Shown piece by piece: positions 39,037 to 53,553 of a DNA stretch of 64,000 bases (the stretch's first letter is position 1; every line of letters starts with the position of its first letter). The position numbers and the translations under genes were made by a program. The DNA comes from Lobosporangium transversale. Lineage: Eukaryota. Location of the stretch: contig NW_019029018.1 in assembly GCF_002105155.1 (NCBI RefSeq), positions 186,001-250,000 on the forward strand, in the 5' to 3' direction. The notes under the pieces were generated by a model. That model worked only from the letters and a program-made list of their open reading frames with translations. It had not been told where the DNA came from and searched no databases.

Positions 39037-40981
39037 TCATACTGAAACCCAGTCTCTTGGTGCTTTCAGGACCTCCATCAATTTACTATGTGCCTGAACA
39101 TCAGGTTCATGCATATACTCCCACCGGGCTGTCAATGGCATCGACATCATGATACTCTCAATCCGAGCACCCGGAGTCAACAAACCAAACTTGGTTCCAC
39201 GATCGTATACAAGGTTGAATTCAACATATCGACCCCGTCGTACCTGTTGCCATTGCTTATCCTCGTCTGTGAAAGTCATGTTCTTACGCTTCTCCACAAT
39301 GGGCACATACTGGTCCAAGAAGGCCTTACCACAGGTCTTCACAAACGCAAATAGCTCATCTGGTGACTTGTCATCTAGATCATCAAAAAAGATGCCGCCA
39401 ACACCTCGTCGCTCTCCACGATGTTGGATATGGAAGTAATCATCACACCACTTCTTAAAGTCCTTGTAGTACCGTGGATCGTGCTTGTCACAGGCTTGTT
39501 TGATGACTTTGTGGAAATGGACTGCGTCCTCTTCATAGAGGATCGTGGGTGTCAAATCACATCCACCCCCAAACCACCAAGAGATCGGCTCATCTCCATC
39601 TGTGCCGCCAAGCTCAAAGTATCGGTAGTTGAAGTGAACGGTTGGTGCGTTGGGATTATGTGGGTGGATCACACAGGAGATGCCTGTGGCGAAAAAGGGG
39701 AGGGGCTCATCGGTCTTACTAATGTTAGGGTGCTGCGCTCGCATCTGTGCTACTGCTGCAGGTGGGAGCATTCCATAAACGACTGATACGCCCACGCCGG
39801 CCTTTTCAAACACCTCTCCATCCTGTAACACCATGGAGATGCCATCCCCTCCCTCTGCACGTGTCCAACGGTCGACCTTGAATTTGGCCTGACCATCTAC
39901 TTTTTCGAGTCCTGCAGTGATCTCTTGTTGTATCTGTTTGACAAACTCTTCCATTCGAAGACGCATGGGTGAGTCTTCGGTCAAGCCCTCTAGTTTCTAG
40001 AGGTATTGATCGAAAGGAAAAAAAAAAAATTAGGTTTTAATTTTTTCTTTTGCCGCTCATTGGGCTGTTTGCTTCTCTTCTTTCCACGCTACACAAAGTA
40101 ATAATAATAAAATAAAATAAAAACAATTGTCCTTACACGTTTGCTATCGGCTTGAGCTGTCATGGTAGGCGATTTTGTTATGGGTTGTTTCGGTGCTTCA
40201 CATTCGACCTTTGGCTATAAACATTTTTTTTTTTTTAAAAGTGTTTTTGTATTTGTGTGTTGTATTTACAGATATTTACAGATATTTACAAAAGAATGTT
40301 TTTTTTTTTTTTTTTTTTTTTTTTAAGGAATATCGGGTTTAGAGATAGAGATGGAGTAAATAATCTACTTCTTGTTCAGTCGAGATCAAATGTGTGGAAT
40401 GCACGTGCAGGAGGTGCAGATCGCTTACAGCAGTTGATGCCTGACTCCAGTAGGCTGCAGCGGCTGCACCAGCACCAAGGGTGGTAAATGCGGCGATGGA
40501 TGAAGGGGAGCGTATCGAGGCAGTCCGTGCAATAGAAGTATATGTGCGTGTATTAAATCGCGACCATTGTCTATTGAATGTATATATATTTAAAAAAATA
40601 AAAAAATAAAATAAAAAAAAAGATGTGTAGAAGAATAAGTATCCAGAAATGGATCAGCTGACATCGGAGCTCCGGTTTCGGCTTCGACTTCGGCTTCAGC
40701 TTCGACTTCGGATTTGATATCAGTTCCGGATTTAACTTTGGAATCAATAACGGCACAGATCTTGGCTTCAAGATCGGCTATGAATAAATAATAAAGTAAA
40801 TAAATATTTCACTTACGATCCACAGGTCGAGAGTTGTGCTAAGAAAAGAAAAAGGACAATGAAAGAATTGATTTGGAATATTTGTTAGCTCGGTCTAGTG
40901 GATAGGGAAGAGAAAACTAGAGGAACTTTACTTACCAGCCTTTGTTAGTGTGCGTGTTGATGTCCGTGCGAGGTATGCCAT
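39037..40981 (-). CDS. HEM13: Oxygen-dependent coproporphyrinogen III oxidase; exons 40981-40936, 40838-40817, 40570-40429, 40214-40137, 39996-39037 (415 aa)
   Basis: [73 protein letters not shown]. The four upstream exons splice in frame via GT-AG. Confidence 0.93.
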
Positions 40982-42914
40982 GAATGAGAATGTGGAAATG
41001 AATGCAAATGAAGAGAGATTACAGAAGGAGTTTTTATTTTTATTTTTTTTGGGCTGAAAAGGTACAAGATTTAAGAAAGAAGAGGAATGAGAAAGAAGGG
41101 AAGAAGGGTCTTTTTATGAAGGAAGAGGAAAAAGTAACGCTTTGTGTTGAGTAGAGGGGCCAAGGAGAGGAATGGCCTGGCCCTGGACAAAAAAAGAGAT
41201 TGGAGAAGAAGGCGAGGGAATGTGCCCAAACTTGGATCAGCTCCGATGCTTCGATGCTGGGTAAGGAAACACGAAGCCGAGAACTGTTTCACTTTATCGT
41301 CCTGCCTGCTATTCACTTTTGTATTTATTTTATTTAAATGTGTAAATATATAAATTATTTAGTCAACAACATGTGCATGTATATAAATGTATCCTACGCC
41401 TCCTCACTTTAAATTCATCCACTGACATTTAAACATTTTCCGGTTGTGCATCTTATGCATATTTGGAGTAAACAAACCCACTCACACATTCCCACAGTCC
41501 TACCACGCACATTTTTTTTCTAATGTGCACACGGTCCTTCGTCAAAGGGAGAAAGCCACTGTCCATCTGACCTACATTTGTTCTTACTAATTCTTTTTTT
41601 TTTTTTTTTCCTCCACTCCGCCTTGGCACCAACACTATCTGAAGAAAGCTTCAGCCTGCATTCCAGGGCGATTTCTATATAGCGGGCTTCTCCTTCAGCC
41701 TCCTCCAATGAATTTCAGAATGCTTGCTCCGAGGGATGCTGCACCTATCAGCTCAGCAGTTTCCTCACTGGCCCAACTCCAATATCACACAGGCAAACCC
41801 CCTCCGCCCCCTCTCTCTTTTTCGCCTTGGTCCAAAGATTTCCTTATTTATTAGACTCTTCCATGTTATCAAGCTTGATGACAATGAGTCAAACCTCACA
41901 TACGATGCTCGCATTAACTACTTGAAATGATTCAATGACAATAACTTCGGCTCTCCCAGTGGTCAAAAACAAGACAGTGAAAGCTACATTCATTGGTATT
42001 GTATTGATTCATGCTCTCTCTCTCTCCCAGGTATTGTAAAGAAGGATCTGTCGAGATCCTTGATCTCTCTCTCAGCTGAAAAAAAGCTTAATCACAACAC
42101 GACACGACACGACACGATCGGACATGACGCGGTCTCGCTTCACATTTCTCCATCTTGTTGTTGCTGTTGTTGCTGTTGAGATAAGAGATTTGTACATGTA
42201 TATACAATACATGTACTAAATGATCTGATATTGAATACAACTGTTCAGATCTTCTGCATCCTTCATATGAACGTAAGATGGGAAGTTTATTTTATTTTTG
42301 TTTTTTTGGCCTTATTGAGAGTTAATCAAATCAAAAAAGCATCTCTAAATTTTAGGTTGGAGCAGATGTTGGCACTGGTCTTATTAAGAGAGATGGATCT
42401 CCGTCTTGGATTGGATCTAGTACCTTCAAAAAAAAAAAAAAAAACAATAAAAACTCTTCTCTTTCAATCCTCTTAAATAGAAAGCTTCGTATAAGAGCTT
42501 GACAGGAGCTGATTGACTGGCAACGCCGGTTAGTAGGTAGTCGAGGAGTAAACTCTCGTAGATTTTTCACTGTTCCAAAGACACTTTGTAATAAGTGACT
42601 GCTGGCATTTGCCCGCTAAAGAGGTACCAAGAGCACATGTTCAACTTTTCTTTTTTGATTCACTAACAGTCAAGGCATTAGTCTTTAATTGAATTCATGA
42701 CTTAGAATAAAAATAAAAATAAATCTTGCCACAGTGTACCACAATCATCATTACAGCAAGCACATTATCCACTGAAAAAGAAATCACGCTGATCAACAAG
42801 AGAATCTTAATCCTTTCACCTAACCTGAAAAAAAGAAAAAAAAATAAAAGTAAAAAAAAAAAAAAATAAAGCCTCAATTGAACGCCCTCTTATCTCATTC
42901 ATAATATTAAAGAT

Positions 42915-43442
42915 ATGGCTCAGGAATCACCCAAGGAATGGACCCTCGAGGAAGAGAACGAGCTACGTCTTGAGATTGACTTTGGCATTAAAGTCAAGCT
43001 CCGTGTAAGAAAAAAAAAAAGAGAGACATATTTGATGATGGAGAAAGAAAACTCCTAACTTGATAAAAAAAAATTGACTTTTTTTTTTTTTTTTTTTTTC
43101 CATTCTCTGCTTTAGCTTCTCAATGGAACAGCTGAAATATTCGGAACAGAACTTGCACAGAATATCGACTATGAATTCTCGGGACGAAAAATTGCTGTCT
43201 TTACGTGGCATGGATGCAAACTTCAGATCCAAGGCAACTGTAGTGTTGAATATATTGCAAATGAGACCCCAATGATGGCCTACCTAAACATGCACATGGC
43301 TCTGGAGCAGCGTCGTGTTCTTGCCACACAAAACAATGGACAAGGACCAAAGGTAATTTGTCGCTCAAAAGTTTTTGTTTTCATGTAATAGCTTTAAATC
43401 AAGGTCGCTTACATTAGATATGTGGTTATCTTCTTTTCTTAA

Positions 43443-43477
<35 letters not shown>

Positions 43478-44575
43478 GGTGCTGATTGTAGGACCAAATG
43501 ATGTAGGAAAAACATCACTATCAAAGATGCTGCTCAGCTATGCATTGAGACAGGATCGCCAACCAATCTATGTTGATCTGGACTGTAGTGAAGGATCGAT
43601 CACCATGCCTGGCTGTTTGACTGCTACCCCATTAACAGAGATGATTGATGTGGAGGAAGGCTTTGGCTCCTCTGCCACCTCTGCTCCAACCGCTGGTTCT
43701 GCAGTGATGCCTCTAGCCTATTACTATGGACTTCCATCGCCCAAGGATAATGTCAAGTTGTATAACATGTTAATGGCACGACTTGCTCAATCAGTAGACA
43801 AAAGGCTTCAAGAGGATCAAGCAGCACGGAGATCAGGCATTGTGATCGATACAAATGGACTGATCGATGCGACTGGATACGAAATCATTGCGAACTGCAT
43901 CAAAGCATTTTCAGGTAAGTTATGATATTGATATTTATCATGGTATTTGTGTGCCCTTGGCTTCTTTACTCCATTTTCTTCCTCCAACATGTCATATCTC
44001 TCACATTCCCCTGGCTCATTTAATGCTATCTTCAAATAGTCGATGTGATCATTGTCCTTGGTCATGAAAGGCTCTACAGTGATATGAGAAGACTCCATCA
44101 AAAGACAGATGTCTCTGTCATCAAGCTGACCAAATCTGGAGGTGTTGTCGAGCGCGATCATGCTTTCCGACGTCAGACACAGAACCAAAAGATACGCGAG
44201 TATTTCTATGGCACTTCCAAGTCAGAACTGGCTCCTTACTCAACCATGGTCAATTATCATGATATCGAGATCTTGCAAGTCGGAGAAGGATCTTTGGCTC
44301 CATCCTCTGCTCTTCCTATTGGTGAGGATCGTAAAGTGTCAGAGACACATGTGGTCAAGGTCGAACCAGGTGAACATCTCTTGCACTCCATCCTCGCTGT
44401 TTCCAATGCGGACAAAATGAAGGAACAAGAAATCTTGGAAACAAACATTGCAGGGTTTGTCTATATCTCTGAGATTCATGATGTCAGGAAAAAGATGACC
44501 GTGCTCTCGCCTTGTCCTGGCAGAATACCCAAGAGGTTTTGGTGGCTCGGGAGCCTCAAGTGGGCTGAAGATTAG
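42915..44575 (+). CDS. CLP1: mRNA cleavage and polyadenylation factor Clp1, multi-exon
   Basis: EENELRLEI, GTAEIFGTEL, AVFTWHGC, ETPMMAYLN, P-loop GPNDVGKTS, KSGGVVERD, IREYFYG. Confidence 0.95.
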
Positions 44576-44879
44576 AATAGAAAGCAGAGTATAGCTAATA
44601 TTTTTTATTATAAAAAAAAAAAAAAAAAGTTTAAAAAAATGTCATGTCATGTCGTATGTCACCAACTTTGATTTAATATCTGCTTGAGCATGGTATTGCC
44701 AGAGTCTCAACGGATACTACTAGAGCATTGCCAGAATCTGAAGTATCTTCACAGAAACAAGTATAGTGGATGTTACAGAGTCTTCGCTTCAGTAGCGAGT
44801 TCGCTACATTCACAACAACCCCTCAAAAGAAAAGAGAGCAATAGTAAATAAAAAAGCACTAGCCGGTACTTTTGACAGC

Positions 44880-44992
44880 TTCCGCAACTGCATTGGGCCC
44901 AATGCCCAGCGCTGAAATCAGCTTTCTCGGCTGCATTGAAACTATCTAAATACTGAATTGCATTATGCCAGCCGACGCAGCTTGTTTCATCC
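44880..44992 (+). repeat. Non-coding block duplicated at about 49869-49982, upstream of transferase copies 1 and 3
   Basis: Shared CCCAATGCCCA..GC.GAAATCAGCTTT and ATCTAAAT.CTGAATT....ATGCCAGCCGAC.CAG. Confidence 0.8.
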
Positions 44993-45495
44993 TATTGATT
45001 ATATACGACGACTTGCAAGCTAACGATTTCCAGTACCGTCAGTGGAGTAAATAAGTGAATGAATGAAAAGTAATGCAAATAAAAAAAATAATAATAATAA
45101 AAATATAAAAGGTGGCGGTGTGGTTTGTAGAGACGAAAGTTTGAGCTGTTCGTGCTGTTCGTACTGTTAGTGCTGCTGGTGCTGCCTACAGTCAAGGAAA
45201 TCCCTGTTTGTTACAATCAATAGGGGCGAAGCTCTTGACCTGCATCAAAACAAAAAGATGATCGGCATGGAATGTTTGTAAACACATATTATATTTATTT
45301 AACTTTTTTCCTTCCCCCAATCAGAGCCCAACTCAGAGCTTTTAGGCCGATGGTGAAAACAACAGTTTAATTAACGGAAAACTTTTATGAACACAGCACA
45401 GCGGCAGCGGTCTAAAATATAAAAAGGTCCTTACAACGTTACCCTCTCTCACTTTTGCTTTATTGTCTGCAAATCCACAAAGCATATACTCAAAA

Positions 45496-46988
45496 ATGGC
45501 TATCAAGACTTATACCATCTACCCCTCCAACAAATACAATCTCCCACCTCCGCCATCAACCATTATACTTAATGGCTTTGATCTTCTCCAGCCTCCTGCA
45601 CTGATTCAAAACCGCCGGTTCTTTCACCCCTCAACCAGGCCTTTTTCTGAAGTGATCGAGAGACTGACATCCTCTCTTGCTGAAGCGCTCGAGCTGTATC
45701 CACCAGTTACAGGAACGGTCCGTGCCGATGAAGAGAAGGATGAGGTCTACATCGCACTGGATCCTGCAAATATTCAAGGCACACCTTTTCTGATCGAAAC
45801 AAAAGATACTCCATTTGCTGGCGATGCGGATGATATAGCTCCTCGAAATGATCAGATTCTTCCTCCACTTGCAAGTATACTTGCTGTGAAAGTAACCCAG
45901 GTAATATATATGAAAAAAAAAAAAAAAAAAAAAGGCCCATGCTTAGCTCTACATAGTATGTCATCTTGTCACTCAACCTTCAGCATGTTAATTTTTTCTA
46001 TGGGAATTAGTTTTCCTGCGGAACCATAGCCGTAGCCTCCTCCATAAACCATCAAGTAGCTGATCTACGAGGCTTTCTCGATTTCCTTGAACTCTGGGCT
46101 CAAATTGCTCGAGGTGAAGCCATCGATTTTAAAGAGATCCCGAGTGATTGGTCTCGTAATCCCGGTCGATATTTCTCTGGCCTGGTCAAAGAACCAACAG
46201 CCGCAACCCTTCCTCCTCCTCCTCTATTCGAGGTTGTTCCTGTTCAGGAAGCCAAAGTTTGCCCGTTTCTCTTCCAGCCATCATTTGTTTCACGATGGAA
46301 ATTCACCAAAAGCTCACTGGAACAATTAAAGAGCGATTTCTCACCCGCTTCCGGTGATATGTGGATCTCAACAGGTGATGCATTGGTTTCTCTTATTTGT
46401 GGTGTCATCACCCGTGCTCGCGAAAAGACAAACGTTGAAAGACTGGAGGGAAGATCTAGCTCTGAGTGCCAGAATGAGAAAGTATCGATGTCTGCTAATG
46501 GCCGAGATAGGGCTCCACAAAGAAACATGACAAAACAATACTTTGGGAACTTCAACACCTTATGGGGTGCAACCATGTCTCGCTCTGATCTACTCTCCCC
46601 GACTTGCGAGGCAGCTTCTCGTGTCGCTGTCGCCATTCGAACCGCCTTGAATGCTCAGCTTTCACCAGAAGCCATTGCCAACAAAATTGCATTTTTCGAA
46701 GACCCTAAAAACAGCAAGCTTCCCAATCGTATTATTTGGAAAGCTGATATGCCATTGACGAGCTGGTGCCAATTTGATCTGAAAGGTCCCAAGTTAGATT
46801 TTGGATGGGGAAAACCCTTTGATGCAACAGCCGGTAGTGGTGGGTTCTATCCACCTGGCTACGGCATCTTGATACAGGAGCATGATACAGGAGATATTTT
46901 TATTATGCTAGGCGTAGAGACAGCAGGTGCAGAGGAGTTGAAAGCTGACCCATTGTTGAACAAGTATGCAACGATGACCCCAGCTTAA
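45496..46988 (+). CDS. CoA-dependent acyltransferase (BAHD/Tri101-like transferase fold), copy 1; intron 45901-46010
   Basis: HXXXD (NHQVADLRG) and DFGWG motifs; spliced frame intact (460 aa). Confidence 0.92.
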
Positions 46989-47722
46989 TGATCGTAGATC
47001 CTATAATTATATATATAAATAATAAGTAGCAATAAACTTTTTTTTTTTTTCTTTAATTTGTTCTTACCAACTTACCGATCCGCCCTGAGGATTCAACAAA
47101 ACTCTGACTACTTCGCCCAAATCCTAGGTCACTCCTCTTTTTTCTCCATAATAAAATCAAATTCAGCTTACAACGCCCTGAATGTGGACCAGAGTTGGAT
47201 GTGAAAGCACTTCCATCAAACAGAGTCCCTGAAGATTTAATATATGGCCACGTGGACCTGCTCAAAGATGAGCTCATGCATCCCTTTTCCTTTTTATTTT
47301 ATTTTATTTTTTTTTCCTTGGATGACATATTGCGCTCTTCCTGAACGCTGTACACGAATAGTAATATTACTGCACATGTTCACAAGTAATGTCTAACAAA
47401 TATAACCCAAGTTTTCAGCCCGGAGAAAGACTTGAAAGAAAAAAAAATGTCAAACTTTACTTTGTTCTTGGCGTCGCTTCACTCCATTCAATACACAGCA
47501 TGCTCATCCGAAAGAAGTAAAAGAGCCCTACTATGAGTGTATCCAATTCCAAGCATATGGGATTAGGCTTTTGCAGATTAATTAAAATAAAAAATTGTGA
47601 ACACAGCACCACAGCGGCTTAAAATATAAAAAAGTCTTCGCTATATTTCTCCGCTTGCTCAACTCCCGATTCCTCCTCACTTTGCTTTATTGTCTGCAAA
47701 TTCATAAAGTATATACTCAAAA

Positions 47723-49229
47723 ATGGCTATCCAGACTTACTCCATCTACCCCTCCAACAAATATAATCGTCCACCTCCGCCATCAACTCTTGTCCTTCAT
47801 GGTCTTGATCTTCTCCAGCCTGCAATAATCCAAAACCATCGGTTCTTTCACCCCTCAACCAGCTCTTTTTCTGAAGTGATCGAGAAACTGACATCCTCTC
47901 TTGCTGAAGCGCTCGAGCTGTATCCACCAGTTACAGGAACGGTCCGTACCAATGAAGAGAAGGATGAGGTCTACATCGCATTGGATCCTGCAAATATCCA
48001 GGGTACACCTTTTCTGGTCGAAACAAAAGATACTCCATTTATTGGCAATACGGATGATATAGCTTCTCGAAATGACCAATTTCTCCCTCCATTTGCAAGT
48101 ATACTTGCTGTGAAAGTGACTCAGGTATAATATATAAAGGGAAAAAAAAAAAAAAAAAAAAAAAAAGCTCCATGCTCTGCTCTACATGGTACACTCAATG
48201 TAATCCTGCCACTCAACCTTTTAGCATGTTAATTTTTTCTGTGGAAATTAGTTTTCCTGCGGAACCATAGCCGTAGCCTCCTCCATAAACCATCAAGTAG
48301 CTGATCTACGAGGCTTTCTCGATTTCCTTGAACTCTGGGCTCAAATTGCTCGAGGTGAAGCCATCGATTTTAAAGAGATCCCGAGTGATTGGTCTCGTAA
48401 TCCCGGTCGATATTTCTCTGGCCTGGTCAAAGAACCAACAGCCGCAACCCTTCCTCCTCCTCCTCCACTCGAGGTTGTTCCTGCCCAAGAGGCCGGAATA
48501 TCCCAGTATCTCTTGCAACCATCGTTTGCTTCACGATGGAAATTCACCAAAAGCTCACTGGAACAATTAAAGAGCGATCTCTCACCCGCTTCCGGTGATA
48601 TGTGGATCTCAACAGGTGATGCAATGGCTTCTCTTATTTCTAGCGTCATCACGCGCGCTCGCGAAAAGACAAACGTTGAAAGACTGGGAGGAAGATCTAG
48701 CTCCGAGTCTCAGATCGAGCATTTAGCAATGGTAGCTAATGTTCGAGAAAGAGCTCCACAAAAAAACATGTCAAAACAATACTTTGGGAACTTCTATATC
48801 TTATGGGATGTTACCATTCCTCGCTCCGACCTACTCTCCCCGACTTGCGAGGCAGCTTCTCGTATCGCTGTCGCCATTCGAACTGCTTTGAACGTTCAAC
48901 TCTCATCAGAAGCCATTGCCAATGAAATTGCATTTTTCGAAGACCCCAGAAACACTAAGCTTCCCAATCGTATTGTTTGGAAATCTGATATAGTTTTGAC
49001 GAACTGGTGTCAATTTGATTTGAAAGGCCCCAAGTTAGATTTTGGATGGGGGGAAGCTTTTGATGCAGCAGGTGGTACTGGAGGGTTCTATCCACCTGGA
49101 TACAGCATGTTGATACAAGATAAGAATTCAGGAGATATTTTTGCTATGTTGGCAGTGGAAATAGCAGGTGCAGAGGAGTTGAAAGCTGATCCATTACTGA
49201 ACAAGTATGCAACGATGCTCCCAGCTTAA
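47723..49229 (+). CDS. CoA-dependent acyltransferase, copy 2; intron 48125-48251
   Basis: NHQVAD and DFGWG motifs; same intron position; frame intact. Confidence 0.92.
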
Positions 49230-50469
49230 TGATCATCTCTCTCATAATAAATAGCATGCTTACACAGATTGTATATAGTACAAGTTTTTGTTTTTACAGG
49301 CCCCAGTACCTCCATCACAAGCCCATATGACCACTTGCTTCATATCTTATCCCTCAAAGCATTATAGAGGGTTCATGACTAGATTGGCTCCGTAGCCGCG
49401 GGTATAGTTTTATCAAGCACTGTATCCAAACAAAGTTTGTCCACGCTTCTTGATCTAAAACTTGGACCTTGGCTTTCTTCCCAGACATAGAGCGTAGCAC
49501 TTATTGCAGTGGAAGTAGTAACAACAGTTGGATCACAGCCCTTTACAACCTTTCTCTCTTATATCCTCGAAGCTGAATCCTTAATGATGCAAGCGTCAAC
49601 CATATTCTGTGGAAAACCGAGCTGAGAATCAAACTGTTCGTTTTGAGTGTCCCGTCTCCTCTTAAACTCACAAAGGATTTTCTAGCGGTGACCTTTTACA
49701 CCCTTTTTTTTCTCAACATGAACATGTCTTATTGGAATAGACTAATTGCTCTGTCTTTCATAATCTGTGAATATTTTGCCCTTTTATCATTCTAATTATA
49801 ATAAATAAATTGAGTTGGTACTTTCCACAGTTTCCGCAGGGGTATTGAATCCGAATGCTGCAGTCAATTTCCGCCGTTGCATTAAACCCAATGCCCAATG
49901 CCGAAATCAGCTTTCGCAGTTCATCTAGACAATCTAAATGCTGAATTAAATAATGCCAGCCGACACAGTCTGTCTTGTCCTCTTAATCGCAAATCTATCC
50001 AATTCCATCGCCTTTCACCAAATAGAGGAGAGTTGAATGGAGTGAATGGAGTAAGTGGAGTGAATGGAGAATGAGCGGGTGAGTGAGTGAGTGGGAGAGT
50101 GAGTGGCTTGCAGAGACAGAATGTTGACTCTAAATTGTCCACGATCAGTATGATCATGAACAGATAGGTCTGAACACAGCTTCTGCATATCAATTGGATG
50201 CAAGCTCTTGATCTGCTTTGGAAAGAAATATATTCATGGTCAATACAGATAATATAAATATACAATGATTCTCGCACCATGAAAGTGACACAGGAAAAAT
50301 TGGTTATGACGCTAAAGATCTACTCGCAGATTTCCCGCAGCAGAGGAATTTAAATAAAAAGGCCTTCACTACTTTTTGCTTGACCAAATCTACCCTTGAT
50401 CCATCCCACTGACTTTACTGTCTACTAATTCACAAGCATATTAAAGAAAAATAAAAATAAAAATAAAAA

Positions 50470-51954
50470 ATGACTGTCAAGACTTATACCATCTACCCCA
50501 CCACCAAATACAATCGCCCACCTCCACCATCAACCATTGCACTTCATGGTTTGGATTTCTCTCCTCCTATACAAATTCAAAACCGCCGGTTCTTTCATCC
50601 TCCAACCAGCTCTTTTTCTGATGTAATCGAGAAATTGAAATCTTCTCTTGCTGAAGCACTCGAGTTGTACCCGCCAGTTACAGGAACGGTCCGTACCAAT
50701 GAAGAAAAGAACGAGATCTACATCGCATTGGATCCTGCAAATATCCAGGGTACACCTTTTCTGGTCGAAACAAAAGATGTTCCATTTGCTGGCGATACGG
50801 ATGATATAGCTCCTCGAAATGATCAGGTTCTTCCTCCATTTGCAAATATATTTGCGGTGAAAGTAACTCAGGTAATATACAGGAAAGAAAAAAAAAATGG
50901 TCCCATGCTTAGCTCTACATTGTACACTTAATATCATCTCAACCTTCAGCATGTTAATTTTTTCTATGGAATATAGTTTTCATGCGGAACCATTGCGGTA
51001 GCCTCCTCCATAAACCATCAAGTAACTGATCTACGAGGCTTTCTTGATTTCCTTGAACTCTGGGCTCAAATTGCTCGAGGTGAAACCATCGATTTCAAGG
51101 AGATTCCGAATGATTGGTCCCATAATCCTGGCCAATATTTCTCTGGCCTGGTCAAGGAATCAACAGCAGCAACCCTGCCACCACCTCCTCCATTCGAGAT
51201 TATTTCTGCTCAGGAGCCCGTACTACCTGCATTTTTCTCTCAACCATCATTTGCTTCACGATGGAAATTCACTAGAAGCTCTCTTGAACAGCTAAAGAGC
51301 GATTTCTCACCCACTTCTGGTGATCTGTGGATCTCAACAGGTGATGCATTGGCTTCTCTTATTTGTGGTGTCATCACCCGTGCTCGCGAAAAGACAAACG
51401 TTGAAAGACTGGAGGGAAGGTCTAGCTCCGAGTCTCAGCTCGAGCTAGTGGCAATGGCAGCTAATGGCCGAGAGAGGGCTCCACAGAGAAACATGTCAAA
51501 ACAATACTTTGGGAACTTCAACACCTTATGGGGTACAACCATCTCTCGTCCTGATCTACTTTCCCCGACATTCGAGGCAGCTTCTCGTGTTGCTGTTGCC
51601 ATTCGAACTGCTTTGAATGTTCAACTTTCACCAGAAGCCATTGCCAACAAAATTGCATTTTTCGAAGACCCTAAAAACAGCAAGCTACCCAATCGTATTG
51701 TTTGGAAAGGGGATATAATATTGACGAACTGGTGCCAATTTGACTTGAAAGGTCCCAAGTTAGATTTCGGATGGGGAAAACCTTTTGAATCGACAGCCGG
51801 TAGTGGTGGGCTCTATCCACCTGGATATAGCATCATGATACAGGAGAAGGATACAGGAGATATTTTTGTTATACTGGCAGTGGAAATAGCAGGTGCAGAG
51901 GAGTTGAAAGCTGATCCATTACTGAACAAGTACGCAGCGATGCTCCCAGCTTAA
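50470..51954 (+). CDS. CoA-dependent acyltransferase, copy 3; intron 50872-50976
   Basis: NHQVTD and DFGWG motifs; same intron position; frame intact. Confidence 0.92.
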
Positions 51955-53047
51955 TGATCATCTCTCTCATAATAAATAGTATGCTTGCACAGATTGTGTG
52001 TAGACTAATTTAGGTCTCAGTCTTTACTCGCCCCCAATAAGCGAATACATCAATTGTGTTGTCTTTCTCGCGAATGCATCCTCATACTCTTGTCTCTGCT
52101 ACTTGTTGTGTTGCACTGCTGAGCTCTTACAACACCCTTGTGGCGCTTTTCTTTTACGATTTGATAAATTCCAACTACTTCGCCTAAATCCTCTGTTGCC
52201 TCCATTGTAAAAAAAAAAAAAAAAAAAAAAAACAAATTGCTCCGATCAGATTTCTCTGAACAAAATTACTGTTACACAGATTCCTCCCAAAGATTGTCTG
52301 CCCTAAGGTTGCACTTTGAAAATAGCACTGTGTGCTTGTGATACAGTCATGAATTTATAAAAAAAAAAAAAGGGTCCTGCAGAGCGTAAACAAAAAGGTA
52401 AACCACCAGATTTAGCGATTCAAAGGGCTACTTGGAGGAGAAAGGAATTTTTATTCTACACTATTTTTTTTTCATGACAAATAAAAGATTTGGAAGCGAG
52501 TGCATTTGGATATGGAAAGAATGCTTGCGGTTTGTAAAATGATGTACGGTATATATATAATATATATATACAGCTGGGGGCTAAGATATAGATATACCAT
52601 TACATTGAAATTTATACCTTTCTGCGACCACATTTTGGGTGCTTCCTAAAAGACCTACGAATTTACATCTCCGCACCACGCCGGCTCTAATCAAATAGGA
52701 GGGAAACAGGCTCGAACGTTTGTGTACATACGGTACTGGGTGACAAATTTAACTTTTTCTTCCCAGCTGCCAGCCTTGAGTTAGAGCCCAAACTAAGAGT
52801 GCTTCCAAACGTTGCGTCCTATTTCCCAAAATACAAAAATGCACAATGTATAGATATAAATATTCATGTACATGTACATGGGTTTTATTTCTAAGTTTGT
52901 GGAGACTTGAAGATGACACTCGCATCTACAGTTGAAGGACATTGTATAAAAAGGTCTTCGCTATTTTGCTTGGCCAAATCAACCCTTGATCCATCGCACT
53001 TTTCTTTACTGTCTACTAATTATCCACAAAGTTATATACTCAAAAAA

Positions 53048-53514
53048 ATGACTGTCAAGACTTATACCATCTTCCCCTCCAACAAATACAACCTCCCACC
53101 TCCACCATCGGTCATTGTACTTCATGGCTTGGATCTTATGAATCCACCCTCACAAATTCAAAACCGCCGGTTCTTTCACCCCTCAACCAGGCCTTTTTCT
53201 GAAGTGATCGAGAAACTGACATCCTCTCTTGCTGAAGCGCTCGAGCTGTATCCACCAGTTACAGGAACGGTCCGTACCAATGAAGGAAAGGATGAGATCT
53301 ACATCGCACTGGATCCTGCAAATATCCAGGGTACACCTTTTCTGGTCGAAACAAAAGATACTCCGTTTGTCGGCGATACGGACGATGTATCTCCCCGAAA
53401 TGACCAGATTCTCCTTCCATTAGCAAAGATTTTGATGGTGAAAGTAACTCAGGTAATGCTCTATGCTCCACTCAACATAGTATACTCAATGCCATCCTGC
53501 CACTCAATCTCACC

Positions 53515-53553
<39 letters not shown>

